A stretch of 64,000 nt of DNA from Longimicrobiales bacterium (GTDB lineage: Bacteria; Gemmatimonadota; Gemmatimonadetes; Longimicrobiales; Gaopeijiaceae). This document shows positions 19,901-29,400 of the stretch, in pieces. Where the stretch lies: positions 1,732,334 through 1,796,333 of the forward strand of contig OZ220479.1 of assembly GCA_965115885.1 (NCBI GenBank), in the 5' to 3' direction. A program made the position numbers and the translations under genes. The notes beneath the pieces are model-generated. The model saw only the letters and a program-made list of their open reading frames with translations. It searched no databases and was not told where the DNA came from. Numbering within the stretch: position 1 is the stretch's first letter; every line of letters begins with the position of its first letter.

Positions 19901-22014
19901 GCGGCCAACTGGGCGTCCTCCTGCGGGAGTTCCAGAAGAAATCCCGTCACATGGCCGTCCGCGAGCTCGTGCTGAAAGCGGGCCGGGCGATCCAAGGCGT
20001 CAAGCCGGTCTTCATGATGAGCCCGCTGTCGATCGCCAAATACCTCCCGCCGGGATCCATCGACTTCGACATGGTGGTGTTCGACGAGGCGAGCCAAGTC
20101 CGTCCGGTCGAGGCCCTCGGAGCCATCATGCGCGGCAAGCAGGCGGTCGTGGTCGGGGACAGCAAGCAGCTGCCTCCGACCAACTTCTTCGACCAGACGG
20201 CCGAAGAGGAGGAGGGGGAGGACGCGAGCCGGACCGCCGATCTGGAGAGCGTTCTGGGCCTGTTCTGCGCCCAGGGGGCTCCCGAGAGGATGCTGCGCTG
20301 GCACTACCGCAGCCGCCACGAGTCGCTGATCGCGGTGTCGAACCACGAGTTCTACGACGGCCGCCTGGTGGTCTTCCCGAGTCCCGACGCCGGCAAGATC
20401 GACACCGGCCTCGTCTTCCGCCACAACCCCGACGCCGCCTACAAGCGAAAGGGCGTCAACGTCGACGAGGCGAAGACGGTCGCGGCGGCCGCGATGGAAC
20501 ACGCCCGCGAAAATCCGGAGTTGACCCTGGGCGTCGCGGCCTTCGGCAACGCTCAGGCGCGCCGCATCGAGGACGAGGTCGACATCCTGCGCCGCCGCGA
20601 CCCCTCGCTCGAGGAGTTTTTCGCCGGCCACCCCGAGGAACCGTTCTTCGTCAAGAACCTGGAGAGCGTCCAGGGAGACGAGCGGGACGTGATCCTGATC
20701 AGCGTCGGCTACGGCAAGATCGACGGCGGACATCTGCCGATGAACTTCGGACCGCTCAATCAGGACGGCGGCGAGCGGCGTCTGAACGTGCTCATCACGC
20801 GGGCCCGCCGCCGTTGCGTCGTGCACTGCAATTTCGTCGGGGCGGATCTGGACCTGAGGCGCTCGGGATCCAGGGGCGTCCAAGCGTTCAAGACCTTCCT
20901 GGAGTACGCGCAGCACGGAACGATCGACGTTCCGACGGCCAGCGGCCGGGGCGCCGACTCCCCCTTCGAGGAAGCGGTCGCCGCCAAGCTGCGGGACATG
21001 GGACACGACGTCGAGCACCAGGTGGGATCGGCGGGGTTCTTCGTCGACTTGGCGGTGGTGGATCCCGAGCGGCCCGGACGATATCTCCTCGGCATCGAGT
21101 GCGACGGCGCCACCTACCACAGCTCCCGGTCCGCCCGGGACCGCGACCGCCTGAGGCAGCAGGTGCTGGAGGGGCTGGGCTGGAGGATCCACCGCATCTG
21201 GAGCACCGACTGGTTCCGCCACCCGCTGCGGGAACTCGCGCAGGTCGCGATGGCGATTCGCTCCGCCGAGTTGGGAAGGGCGCCGCGGTCCGCGCCGAAG
21301 CCCGCGCCTCCCGAGCCCCTCGACCGGGTGTCCGAACCCGAGCCGGAGATCGCCGTCTCCACAGCTCCGCACTACAGGATGGCCCGGCTCGAGATCGGCC
21401 GTCTCGACGCGCCGCTGCACCAAGTGCCGACCCGTCGGATCGCGAAGTGGATCGCCCGGGTGGTGGAGGTGGAGAGCCCGGTCCATTTCCAAGAGGTGGT
21501 CGCGCGGATCCGGCAGGCTGCGAAGGTGCGCCGCGTCGGCGAGCGGATCCGCACGCGGATTCGGCAGGGTGCGCGGCAGGGCGCGCGCACGAGACGCTAC
21601 GGGATCGACGAATCCGACTTCTTCTGGCGGCTCGATCGGGAGGGCGCCGAGGTGCGGCGCCGGGACGGCGACGTCCCGGGGTCCCTGCGCGATCCCGAAC
21701 GCATCGCCTCCGAAGAAATCGAGACCGCCCTGATCCGCGTCGTCCAAGCGAGCTACGGCATCGAGCCCGCGGACGCGACGAAGGAGGCGATCCGCCTCTT
21801 CGGCTTCAAGAGATCCGGGTCGAAGATCCACAAGCGCTTCCGGGAGGTGTTGGACGACCTCGTGGCTCGGAACGTGCTTCTGCGCGAAGGTCCCCTGTTG
21901 CAGGCGGCGAGCCGGGCGGAGGACGCCCGGGGCGGAGCCGTGGCGAGAGGGGACGGGCCGGGATCCCGACGCGCCGGAAGAATCGGCGAAGCGAGCGGCG
22001 GCGGCGGGGCGTAG
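16999..22014 (+). CDS. DUF4011 / SF1 (Upf1-like) helicase with endonuclease-like (DUF559/MTES_1575-type) and DUF3320-like C-terminal domains
   Basis: - DUF4011-like N-terminus: LDLSLRNPLLNFRPSK.
- Helicase motifs: GPPGTGKSQTIANLI, VVFDEASQ, LRWHYRSRHESLI, VQGDERDVILIS, LNVLITRAR.
- Nuclease-like domain: FFVDLAVVD..IECDG..YHS.
- Start: GTG at 16999 is preceded by GGGAGG-N4. An alternative GTG lies at 16831. Confidence 0.85.
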   Translation: MTERSGAAFGAAAADPFGHGASGRDGGGTDPGGADGSRRTTDGRSIGRELGKSRREVLDLSLRNPLLNFRPSKRRGVEVVDERSRELFGILVGRPAGGASSSKPRFMRFLPVPEGTEAAEDSAPGDLEDVSPELLALLDEEAAAPGEAAARHTDDKLQTALPYAGLGLRLRETYRHARRSLEEQGVNILYLALGTLKWRESESSGAERRAPLILVPVKLEKSGVRESFKLAWTGDEIEANLSLETKLRQDFDVRLPQMPSEEDLDVEDYLSRVEEAVAQRPRWAVARDEVHLNFFSFSKLLIYKDLDAEVWPEGSGPDDHPLVRQLFGGDGFAEEPPAIGENEHIDDARGVADLHPVMDADSSQTLAVLDAIQGRNLVIQGPPGTGKSQTIANLIGEALAHGRTVLFVAEKRAALEVVKRRLDSIHLGDACLELHSHKTNKRAVLDELKRTLAMGRPRVARATEDEVLLEEARDRLNDYARAINAPVGRSGLSPHELVGRLAKLEQDGLTVDGPGLALRDSASWSREDFVRRREAVRELQVLVGMIGVPSEHVWWPCGRLRFVPTDEHSVRRALEEACDAVRRLEREAGELIGRVGRARAFREVAPREMERTIRTARTALEAPPLAGADHRSPDWVVQAERVEELAAAAHAFAEIRARHDAALIPEAWDRNVLEERRVLRAYERKWWRALSGTFRGARREIAGLCRGDAPRSVRERIELADAILEAGRLRREIEEADDLTGRLFPGSSPGGRAERHRAFAEAAAWLVQLGRDEAAGLVDEEVHDLLDRLRGRSGGSPGTVSSDPFDSAGLRAAADACERTTGELEEALEALQLRADRTEPGESPQRRAYGALDRWLRAALGQVSSVHDVVRFNLLEKNAAYLGIPEVAEAAATRSNAADHLTRLFEHSCYTAWLDAAFGEREALAQFDGATHAGIVDRFRELDMAQFHRNRARIAERHWERLPRHRGGGQLGVLLREFQKKSRHMAVRELVLKAGRAIQGVKPVFMMSPLSIAKYLPPGSIDFDMVVFDEASQVRPVEALGAIMRGKQAVVVGDSKQLPPTNFFDQTAEEEEGEDASRTADLESVLGLFCAQGAPERMLRWHYRSRHESLIAVSNHEFYDGRLVVFPSPDAGKIDTGLVFRHNPDAAYKRKGVNVDEAKTVAAAAMEHARENPELTLGVAAFGNAQARRIEDEVDILRRRDPSLEEFFAGHPEEPFFVKNLESVQGDERDVILISVGYGKIDGGHLPMNFGPLNQDGGERRLNVLITRARRRCVVHCNFVGADLDLRRSGSRGVQAFKTFLEYAQHGTIDVPTASGRGADSPFEEAVAAKLRDMGHDVEHQVGSAGFFVDLAVVDPERPGRYLLGIECDGATYHSSRSARDRDRLRQQVLEGLGWRIHRIWSTDWFRHPLRELAQVAMAIRSAELGRAPRSAPKPAPPEPLDRVSEPEPEIAVSTAPHYRMARLEIGRLDAPLHQVPTRRIAKWIARVVEVESPVHFQEVVARIRQAAKVRRVGERIRTRIRQGARQGARTRRYGIDESDFFWRLDREGAEVRRRDGDVPGSLRDPERIASEEIETALIRVVQASYGIEPADATKEAIRLFGFKRSGSKIHKRFREVLDDLVARNVLLREGPLLQAASRAEDARGGAVARGDGPGSRRAGRIGEASGGGGA

Positions 22015-22105
22015 GCTCGACCGCGCCGCGCCGACGGCGCTCCACCGTGCGGCGAGCGGCCCCCATCCGGCGCAACGGACGACGAACGGCTGGCGGATGC
22101 GCCGG

Positions 22106-22147
22106 GACGCCCCGTTGCGGGGCCCCGGCGTCGACTGTTCTTTTTTT
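22106..22147 (+). terminator. Intrinsic terminator after the helicase gene
   Basis: GC hairpin (GCCCCG-TTG-CGGGGC, with an alternative outer GACGCC/GGCGTC pairing) followed by TTCTTTTTTT. Confidence 0.5.
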
Positions 22148-22209
22148 CGTAGACGGTCCCGGCCGTCCACCCTACGAGACCGGGCGACACTTCGCTGGAG
22201 CTGCCGACA

Positions 22210-23019
22210 ATGAAGACAGGAAAAACGCTCCTCCCGTCCCTGCTCCTCTTTCTGTTCGCGGCCACCCCGACCGCCGCGCAGGAGGTTCCCGACCACGTCG
22301 GCTTCACCCGCGTTCTCGCGGACGTCGTTCGCACGCCCCGAGTGGACTACGCCGCCCTCGAGCGCCGCCGCGCGGATCTGGCCGCCTACCTGGACCGGCT
22401 CGAAGGCACCGACGAGGCCGCGCTCGCGTCGGCTCCGCTCGAGGTCCAGCTCGCCTTCTGGATCAACGCCTACAACGCCTGCATGCTGCACCGGGTGTCG
22501 AACCACTACCCGATCCGCAAGGACGCCGGCTTGGTGGGCTCGGTCCGCAACGCGCTCGCCGGACGTCCCGACAACTCCGTCTGGCAGATCCGGGACGTGT
22601 TCACCGGATCCTTCTGCGGCGTGGCCGGGAAATCGCGCTCCCTGGACGAGATCGAGCACGAGATCGTCCGGCCCATGGGAGAGCCGCGCATCCACTTCGC
22701 GGTCAACTGCGCGGCCGTCAGTTGTCCGCCCCTGGCGGCGGAAGCCTACGACCCCGCGCGGATCGAGGAGCAGCTCGACCGCGCGGTGCGGGGCTTCGTC
22801 GCCAACCCCGAGCACTTCCTCATCGACCGCTCGGGCGACGGGTCGCTCACCCTGAACCGGGTGCTGGACTGGTTCGGCGACGACTTCGGCGGCAAGGAGG
22901 GATTGCTCGGCTTCTTCGCCGCGTACGTGCCCGACGCCGACGCCGAGTTCCTAGCGCGTCCGGGCGTCGAGGTGCGCTTCTTCGAATACGACTGGACGCT
23001 GAACGACCTCGATCCGTGA
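22210..23019 (+). CDS. DUF547-domain secreted protein
   Basis: Signal peptide MKTGKTLLPSLLLFLFAATPTAAQ. DUF547 core motifs: AFWINAYNA, IHFAVNCAAVSCPPL and YDWTLND. Confidence 0.8.
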   Translation: MKTGKTLLPSLLLFLFAATPTAAQEVPDHVGFTRVLADVVRTPRVDYAALERRRADLAAYLDRLEGTDEAALASAPLEVQLAFWINAYNACMLHRVSNHYPIRKDAGLVGSVRNALAGRPDNSVWQIRDVFTGSFCGVAGKSRSLDEIEHEIVRPMGEPRIHFAVNCAAVSCPPLAAEAYDPARIEEQLDRAVRGFVANPEHFLIDRSGDGSLTLNRVLDWFGDDFGGKEGLLGFFAAYVPDADAEFLARPGVEVRFFEYDWTLNDLDP

Positions 23020-23735
23020 CCGGCGCCACCCTGGGGGTGGTGATCCCGACCGTCGACGAAGCGGCTCGCCTGCCCGGGCTGCTGGACGATCTCGCCCGGA
23101 TTCCCCTTCCGCTTCGCATCGCGGTCTCCGACGGAGGCTCGGTCGACGGGACCCTCGACGTGGCGCGCGCGCACGGCGCCCTCTGCCTGTCCGGTCCCCG
23201 GGGGCGCGCCGTCCAGATGAACGCGGGCGCCCGCGTCCTGGACACCCCTTGGCTGCTCTTCCTGCACGCCGACTCGAGGCTTTCGAGCGCGTCCCGCGCC
23301 GCGCTCGTCTCCGCGCTCGACTCCGGCGTCGGTCCGGCGGCGGCGTACTTTCCGTTTCGCCTGCGCGGGCGCGGCTGGTTCTGGCGCATGGTCGAGACCA
23401 CGCAGCGCCTGCGCGAGCGCCTGACCGGGCTCGTGTACGGCGACCAAGGCCTGCTGGTGCGGCGCGAGCTCTTCGAAGCGGTCGGCGGCTACCCCGAGCT
23501 GCCGCTCATGGAGGACGTGGAGATGGTGCGCCGGCTGCGCCGCTCGGGCGGGATCGAACGGCTGGGCGGTCCCTTGGCGACCAGCTCGAGGACCTACCGG
23601 CGGTTCGGAAGATGGAGGATCTGGCTGCGCAACGGGGCGGCCGTCTCCCTGTATCTGGCCGGAGTTCCTCCCCGACGCCTGTTGCGCTGGTACCCCGAAC
23701 GCCTTCCGGTTTCGGAAAACGGTCGGAACCGGTGA
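23016..23735 (+). CDS. GT2-type glycosyltransferase, TIGR04283-like (rSAM/selenodomain-associated transferase 2 family)
   Basis: Motifs GVVIPTVDEA, SDGGSVDGT, GRAVQMNAGA, LFLHADS, YGDQGLLVRR, LMEDVEMVRRLR and TSSRTYRR. GTG at 23016 is in a GTGA overlap. Confidence 0.75.
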   Translation: MTGATLGVVIPTVDEAARLPGLLDDLARIPLPLRIAVSDGGSVDGTLDVARAHGALCLSGPRGRAVQMNAGARVLDTPWLLFLHADSRLSSASRAALVSALDSGVGPAAAYFPFRLRGRGWFWRMVETTQRLRERLTGLVYGDQGLLVRRELFEAVGGYPELPLMEDVEMVRRLRRSGGIERLGGPLATSSRTYRRFGRWRIWLRNGAAVSLYLAGVPPRRLLRWYPERLPVSENGRNR

Positions 23736-24346
23736 ACCGGGACGGCGGCCGCACCCTGATCGCCTTCGCCAAGATGCCCCGGCCGAGGCGGGTCAAGACG
23801 CGCTTGGCGGCCGCCATCGGCGACGTCCGGGCCGCGTCGCTGTACCGCGTCTTGGGCCGCCGGGTGCTGGACGGCGTCCGCGGCGGAGACTACCGCCTGG
23901 TCGCCTACGTCGATCCCGCGAACGAGCTGGCCGGGGCGCGCGCGTGGCTGGGAGCGGAGGGCCTCGATTTCGAGCCCCAGAGAGGCGACGGTCTGGGCGA
24001 GCGCTTGGCCGACGCCTTCCGGCGGGAGTTCGGCGCCGCCGCGCGCGTCTGCGCCATCGGAACCGACGCTCCGGCGGTCGACCGCTCCGTCGTCGAACGG
24101 GCCTTCGCCGAGCTCGAGACTAGGGATCTGGTGCTGGGCCCCGCGCTGGACGGGGGGTACTACCTGATCGGCTCGGACGCGCACCGACCCGAACTCTTCC
24201 GCGACGTGCCCTGGAGCACGGAGGAGGTCATGGCGGCGACGCTGGCCCGGGCGCGAGCTCTAGGTCTTTCCACGGCCGTCCTGGAGCCGTTGTCGGACAT
24301 CGACACCGTCGAAGACCTGGAGCGGTTCGGCGTTTCGGCGACGTGA
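23732..24346 (+). CDS. DUF2064 / TIGR04282-like glycosyltransferase-like protein
   Basis: Motifs LIAFAKMPRPRRVKTRL, QRGDGLGERL, IGTDAP and GPALDGGYYLIG, then WSTEEV and DIDTVEDL. GTG at 23732 is in a GTGA overlap. Confidence 0.75.
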   Translation: MNRDGGRTLIAFAKMPRPRRVKTRLAAAIGDVRAASLYRVLGRRVLDGVRGGDYRLVAYVDPANELAGARAWLGAEGLDFEPQRGDGLGERLADAFRREFGAAARVCAIGTDAPAVDRSVVERAFAELETRDLVLGPALDGGYYLIGSDAHRPELFRDVPWSTEEVMAATLARARALGLSTAVLEPLSDIDTVEDLERFGVSAT

Positions 24347-24400
24347 CGGGACCGTCCCCGGCGTCTACGGCGTCGGAGACGGCCCTCCCGGGCGCGAACG

Positions 24401-24441
24401 CGAAAACGTCCGCCCCGGCGATCGGCGCCGGGGCGGACGTT
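24401..24441 (-). terminator. Strong (probably bidirectional) intrinsic terminator between convergent genes
   Basis: Perfect 16-bp stem AACGTCCGCCCCGGCG / CGCCGGGGCGGACGTT with a 5-nt loop. A T-run follows on the minus strand (TTTTCG). Confidence 0.7.
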
Positions 24442-24462
24442 CCGTTCCGGGCGAGGGCGTCT

Positions 24463-25866
24463 TCAGCCGCGCACCCGCGCCGGCGGCTCGTACGGCTGCC
24501 ACCGCCCGGGGGTCACGGGAACGTAGATCGTCGGAACCGGATCCTCTCCCGTCGAGGCGGACTCGGCGAAGACCGGAACGCCCATCCACTCGCCGACGCG
24601 CGTGATGGTGGCGCAGTCCAAGCTCGTCTCTCCGCCCACCTTCTCGTACGGGTTTTCCGCGTATTCGATCTCGCTGCCGTCGTTGAACCATTCGGCGTCC
24701 CCCGCGTACGCGCCGCCCAGCGCCTCCAGAGAAATCACTTCCGCGCCGTCCGGGGTGAGCATCACCGTGCCGCTCTCGCCCGTCGCCAGGCACAGGGTCC
24801 GCGCCACGCCGAGGTCGACCGGGACCTCGGTGGTGCGCTCGACGACGACCGTGTCCGGCGGCGGCGCCGGAAGCTGGACGGGCTCCGGACGCTCCAGCAA
24901 TTCGGGTCGACACAGCGGACCGTCGGCGGGACAGAGCGCCAGCGAGGCCATCAGCCCGAAGCGGGAGCTGCGGTACGTGGTGGAGTTCTCGGCGTTCTGG
25001 ATCCCGAGCACGTAGGCGCCGACCCGAATCCCGCCGACGTCCAGTTGCAACCCGGTGTTGACGTCCCACCCGTCGTACTCGCCCATGAGGTTCAGCAACA
25101 CGCTCCGGGAAAGCTGGACGTGCAGGGCGGTCGCGGCGAGCCATCCGCCCGAATAGCGCCTGCCGTACCAGCCGAGCTCGCTTCCGCCTCCGCCGAACAT
25201 CCCCATTCCGTATCCCAGCCCGAAGGTCAGGTCGTGCTCGGGCAGGGCGTCGCTGTCGACGCCGGCCATCTGGAAGGTCGCCATCGCGTAGGGAGAGAAA
25301 TTCGTCGACAGATCGTCGACCAAGCCTCCTTCGTACTCGCCGTAGAGCCGGATGTCGGGGAATCCCAGGCGGGACGGCATGTAGTCGCGGGTCTCGTCGG
25401 CGAAGGAAGGTCCGGTCACGAAGCGCGCGCCCACCGCCAATCCGAATCCGGCCGCCTCCGGGTCGATCAGCGAGACCCGGCCGAACGCGCCGACCATGTT
25501 CCCGCCCTGTTCGGCGTCGGAAAAGTTCTGGAAGGAGGCGCCGAGCTCGACGCGGTCGAAGAGACCGATCGCGACGGACGCGTCCTGAAGCCACTGGCTC
25601 CACTCGCCCGAGAGACGGCCCTTCTCGATTCCCCTGCGGGAAATGAGCACCCGGTCGTCCACGCTGATTCCGAACCCCGAGTAGGTGCCCGTGATCGCCA
25701 GGTGCGGGAGCGTCGACGCGGCGGGGACGTTGAAGAACCCGGAACCGTACCGCAACGTGCTGGGCATTTTGGTGCCTTGGCCGCGAAGCGGTTGCGCCTG
25801 AACGAGGCCGATCAGCGCCACGGCGGACAAAGCCATCCACGATCGCGAAGCGGTGCGTCCTCTCAT
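24463..25866 (-). CDS. Secreted hypothetical protein (Gly/aromatic-rich, possibly beta-barrel-like N-terminal half)
   Basis: The ATG at 25864-25866 gives MRGRTASRSWMALSAVALIGLVQAQP (signal peptide). There are alternating Gly/aromatic segments. No catalytic motif recognised. Confidence 0.6.
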   Translation of the reverse strand: MRGRTASRSWMALSAVALIGLVQAQPLRGQGTKMPSTLRYGSGFFNVPAASTLPHLAITGTYSGFGISVDDRVLISRRGIEKGRLSGEWSQWLQDASVAIGLFDRVELGASFQNFSDAEQGGNMVGAFGRVSLIDPEAAGFGLAVGARFVTGPSFADETRDYMPSRLGFPDIRLYGEYEGGLVDDLSTNFSPYAMATFQMAGVDSDALPEHDLTFGLGYGMGMFGGGGSELGWYGRRYSGGWLAATALHVQLSRSVLLNLMGEYDGWDVNTGLQLDVGGIRVGAYVLGIQNAENSTTYRSSRFGLMASLALCPADGPLCRPELLERPEPVQLPAPPPDTVVVERTTEVPVDLGVARTLCLATGESGTVMLTPDGAEVISLEALGGAYAGDAEWFNDGSEIEYAENPYEKVGGETSLDCATITRVGEWMGVPVFAESASTGEDPVPTIYVPVTPGRWQPYEPPARVRG

Positions 25867-26033
25867 CGTGCGTACTCTCCAAAGCGGTTGTCGAAGGCGC
25901 GCCCGGCGCGTGCCGGATGACCGCCCGGAAGCGCACCGGCGCGAAAACGTCAGCTGTACCAACTATAGCCTCCGCAGGTTCGGAAAGCCAGCGAACGGCC
26001 GCCCGACAACGCTCGGCGAGCCTTGCGCTTCGT

Positions 26034-26255
26034 TCACTCCCCTTCCCGCCCGTTCTCCAGCTTCCGGATCCGCCGACCGATGGAGACGATCCAACCCATG
26101 ATCAGGAGCCATGCCAGCGCGTAGGCGACGAAGACGAGCCGGTACGGCCGGAGCGACTGCTGGGCGAGCGCTTCCGCGCCCGCCTGGGCGAGAGCGGGCG
26201 CCGCCGGGATCAGCAACGCGGCCAGAAGGGCGATTCCGAATCGGAGGCGGAGCAT
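26034..26255 (-). CDS. Small membrane protein, CcmD-like (tentative)
   Basis: 73 aa: signal-like MLRLRFGIALLAALLIPAAPALAQ, then one TM helix and RRIRKLE. This pattern resembles the alternative CcmD family. An alternative ATG lies at 26267. Confidence 0.4.
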   Translation of the reverse strand: MLRLRFGIALLAALLIPAAPALAQAGAEALAQQSLRPYRLVFVAYALAWLLIMGWIVSIGRRIRKLENGREGE

Positions 26256-26404
26256 GTGCGTGTACATGTGCGATCTCTTCTGGAAGTTTCGGGAGCATGC
26301 CCGGCCCGGTGGACGGTGCCCGGCCGCGCCGCATCGCGGCGGACCTGCCAGCGGAGCGTCGAATCGAGGTGCCGCTGGAAGCGCGGATCGTTCCGGGCGC
26401 CGGA

Positions 26405-29400
26405 TCATTTTCTCGCGAGCTTGAGTCCCGGCGCCACCTCGCCGAGGATCCCGTCGGCCCGTTCGCCGCGTTCGTCCGCCAGCTCGCCGCGCGCGCTCAC
26501 CCGCACATCGAACCTCAACTCGGCCGAGCCGACCGCGCGCAGAAGCTCGGGCACGCGATCGAGCAGATCCTGCATCTGCGCGTGATCGAGGGCGACGGAA
26601 TCGGGGGGAACCGGAGCGCCTGGCGGCCGGATGGGAGGATCCGAGCCGGGCGGGATGGCGGTGGCGGCTTCCGGTTTCTCCAGGATCACCTTGGGGGCTT
26701 GGTCGTAGGTGCACTCGACCGGTCCGCTGCCCTGCGGCCGGACAAGCCATCGGGCGTCGACCGCAGCGGAGATTCCCTCGCGCACCGCGCCCCACGGGAC
26801 CGCGGCGGAGCGTTTCCGGCAGAGCGCTTGGGTCAGAGCGAGACCGTTGGTCCGGTTCTCGGACCAGGCATCCGGCAGAGCCTCTCGGGCGAGGTCCTGG
26901 GGGGCCACCCGTTCCGGAGGGGCGCGCAACTCGGCGCCCGGCTGGAGGGTCCCGACGGGAACCGGCTCCTTCCACGCCGTCGCGGGCGGGTTCGTGACCC
27001 AGAGCGTCCCGTCCTCGACCGCCTCGGTCACCGCCTGCAACACCGCGTCGCGGGGGCAGGCCGGGATCGGCAAGCGGTCTTCGTAGCCTTCTCTCGCGAC
27101 GGTCGCGACATGTCCGCCGGCGAAGTACTCGATCAGCTTCTCGACGGCCAGGGGCTCGAAATCCTCCTCGCTTCCGGAAACCCACAGTCCGGGCAGCTCT
27201 CCGGGCTCGAGGAGAGAGGGATTCAGACGGGCGAGCCGCGCCTTGGCGGGCAGGACGATCTCGAGCTGGTCGTCGTCCGCCGCCACGGACTCGACGTCTT
27301 CCCGCCACCAGGTCCGGGCGCTTCCGTCGGGACGTTTCAACCGAGCCGCGAACAGCCCGCCGCGCACGCCGCCGAGAACGGTGCCGGTCACCAACTCGGG
27401 TCTGAGCACTTTCGGCAACCGGGGATAGCGGGCGAAGGATTCGCTCAGCTGGCTGGCGAGACGGGCTTCGTCGTCCCGTTCCCAGAGGTCGTACGGTCCG
27501 CCCGGCAGGAGCGCCTCGGGGTTGAGGGGCGTGTCCACGATCCGGGCCTTCCTGTGGTTCTTGATCTCCTCGAAGAGGGGTCGGTCGCTCCCGGGAAGCT
27601 TGAAGGCGCGCACTCGATTGCGCTCGTCGACCGTCACGGCGATTCCGTAGGCTTGCCGGACCACTCCGGAAAGCTCCGCCGCCGCCGCCCGGACGTGTCT
27701 GCGCAGGCGCTCGCGGCGGACGGGGTCGATCCGGCGCGCGGCGAGGTGCGTCTGCACGACCTCCCAGCCCAGAAGGCTCCGCGCCTTGCTGCGGGCGGCG
27801 TCCGCTCCCTCGGGGGACGGTACCGCCAGCACCACGGCGTTGCGGTAGGCGCGCGGCCTGTCGGAGCCGGCGGCGCGGTCGAGAAAGCTGCGGGCCGCCT
27901 TGCTGGGCTTGCCGGAGGACGATGTCGCATCCAGCCCGAGGACGGCGAAGCGGAAGCGAACCGTGTCTTCCACGTCGCCGGGCGAACGGGGCAGTTTGTG
28001 CACCTGGGCGCCGGCGGCGGCGGCGGCGGCGCCGCTCCAAAGGCTGGCGGTCTTGCGGATTTCCGCTCCGAGGCGTTCGTCCACCGCTTCCGCGGCGACT
28101 TGGTCTTTGCACGCCTCGTCGTGCATTTGGCGCAAATTGGGCGCGTTGCCGAGACGCCACGTCCCGGGCAGACCGTGGGCGTCCCCGGATCGGGCGTCCT
28201 CGTCCTCGTCGTCCAGAAACCAGGACGTGTCGCGCCACCGTCGGAGCCCCTTTCGCAGCTCGATGAGGTCGGGCCCGGCGCTTCCCACGAGTCGGAGCAA
28301 CTGGTTGGTTCTCGCCTTCCACCCCGGCGGCTGGGAGTGGAGGAAGACGGCGGCAACCGCCTGTTCCAGCTCCCGGAAGGCGCCCAGGGAAGGAAATTCC
28401 TCCTGGGCCTCGCGGGCTTTCTCCATCTCCTTCTCGAGCAGCGGGACCCAGTCCGTCGTCTTTCCCCTCACCGTCTCCTTGGTCGCGATCCCGGCGAGCT
28501 CCCGGATCGCCTCGGAAACGGTACCCGTCCCGGGCTCGTTCAGCAGAACGGCCGGTCCGACCAGCGGGTTGGGATCTTTCCACGCCTCCGCGTCCCGGAG
28601 CGCGATGGCCAGCGTCCTCAGGATGCCGCGCGTCCGCTGGAACCCCTCGATCCCCGTCCATCGGGTGTAGAACACGTCCGTCAGGTCGGGGTGGAAGGGG
28701 AAGTTCGCCAGAAAGCGCTTTTCCGCACGACCTCGTTCGCGCTTCGTGGTCTCGTCGATCCCGGCGATTCCCTTCACGACGCCGATCGCGTGCGGGCGGA
28801 GCGACGTCGGATTCTCGATGCTGCCGGGCTCGAAGAACCGGCGCCGCAGCACCTCCGCCACATCGCCCTTCCCCACCGGCTGAATCCCTTCCTCGCGCTG
28901 ACGCTGAAAGACGTTGGCCAGATCGCGCAGCACCCTTTTTCCCGCTTCGTCGCCCGTCTTCTCGGGTTCGGTTGCGAGCAACGAGGCCACGATGGCGGTC
29001 CGGTCCACCTTGGCGACCGCCTGCGCGAGGGCCTGAAAGAAGTACTGCAACCTGTCCACCCACGCCTGGTCCAGGGCGTTCTTCGCGCGGGCGTACATCA
29101 TCACCTCGTCGAGCAGGATCAGCGTCGCGCGACCGTCGGCCTTCTGCTGACGTTCGATCACCTCGACCAGAAGCGGCTCGGCGGGCGGCGTGTCGCGTTC
29201 GTTGGCGGCGTCGCCGTCTCGCAGAACCCGGAGCCCTTCGACTCCCGCAAGCTGGAAGGCGAGGACGCTCCACGGATGCCGCAGCGTACGGGTCTCGCCG
29301 CCCGGGCCGCGCACATCCTTGACCCCTTTCTCCACGTCGATCTTGTCGAAGCAAAGCGCCGCGGTCGCGGCTTGGGGGAGGGCCCCGTCCGCGTGCCCGC

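Noticed and set aside
16450-22815. 2121-aa minus-strand ORF, the longest in the track
   Set aside because: It is antisense shadow of the plus-strand helicase gene in very high-GC DNA. Its composition is Arg/Gly/Pro/Ala-rich and low-complexity, and it has no motifs. The plus-strand frame carries unmistakable helicase motifs.
17589-23735. 2048-aa plus-strand ORF
   Set aside because: It is an out-of-frame read-through of the helicase and DUF547 genes (Arg/Gly/Pro-rich). Only its last 239 codons (23016-23735) are a real gene, the GT2-like transferase.
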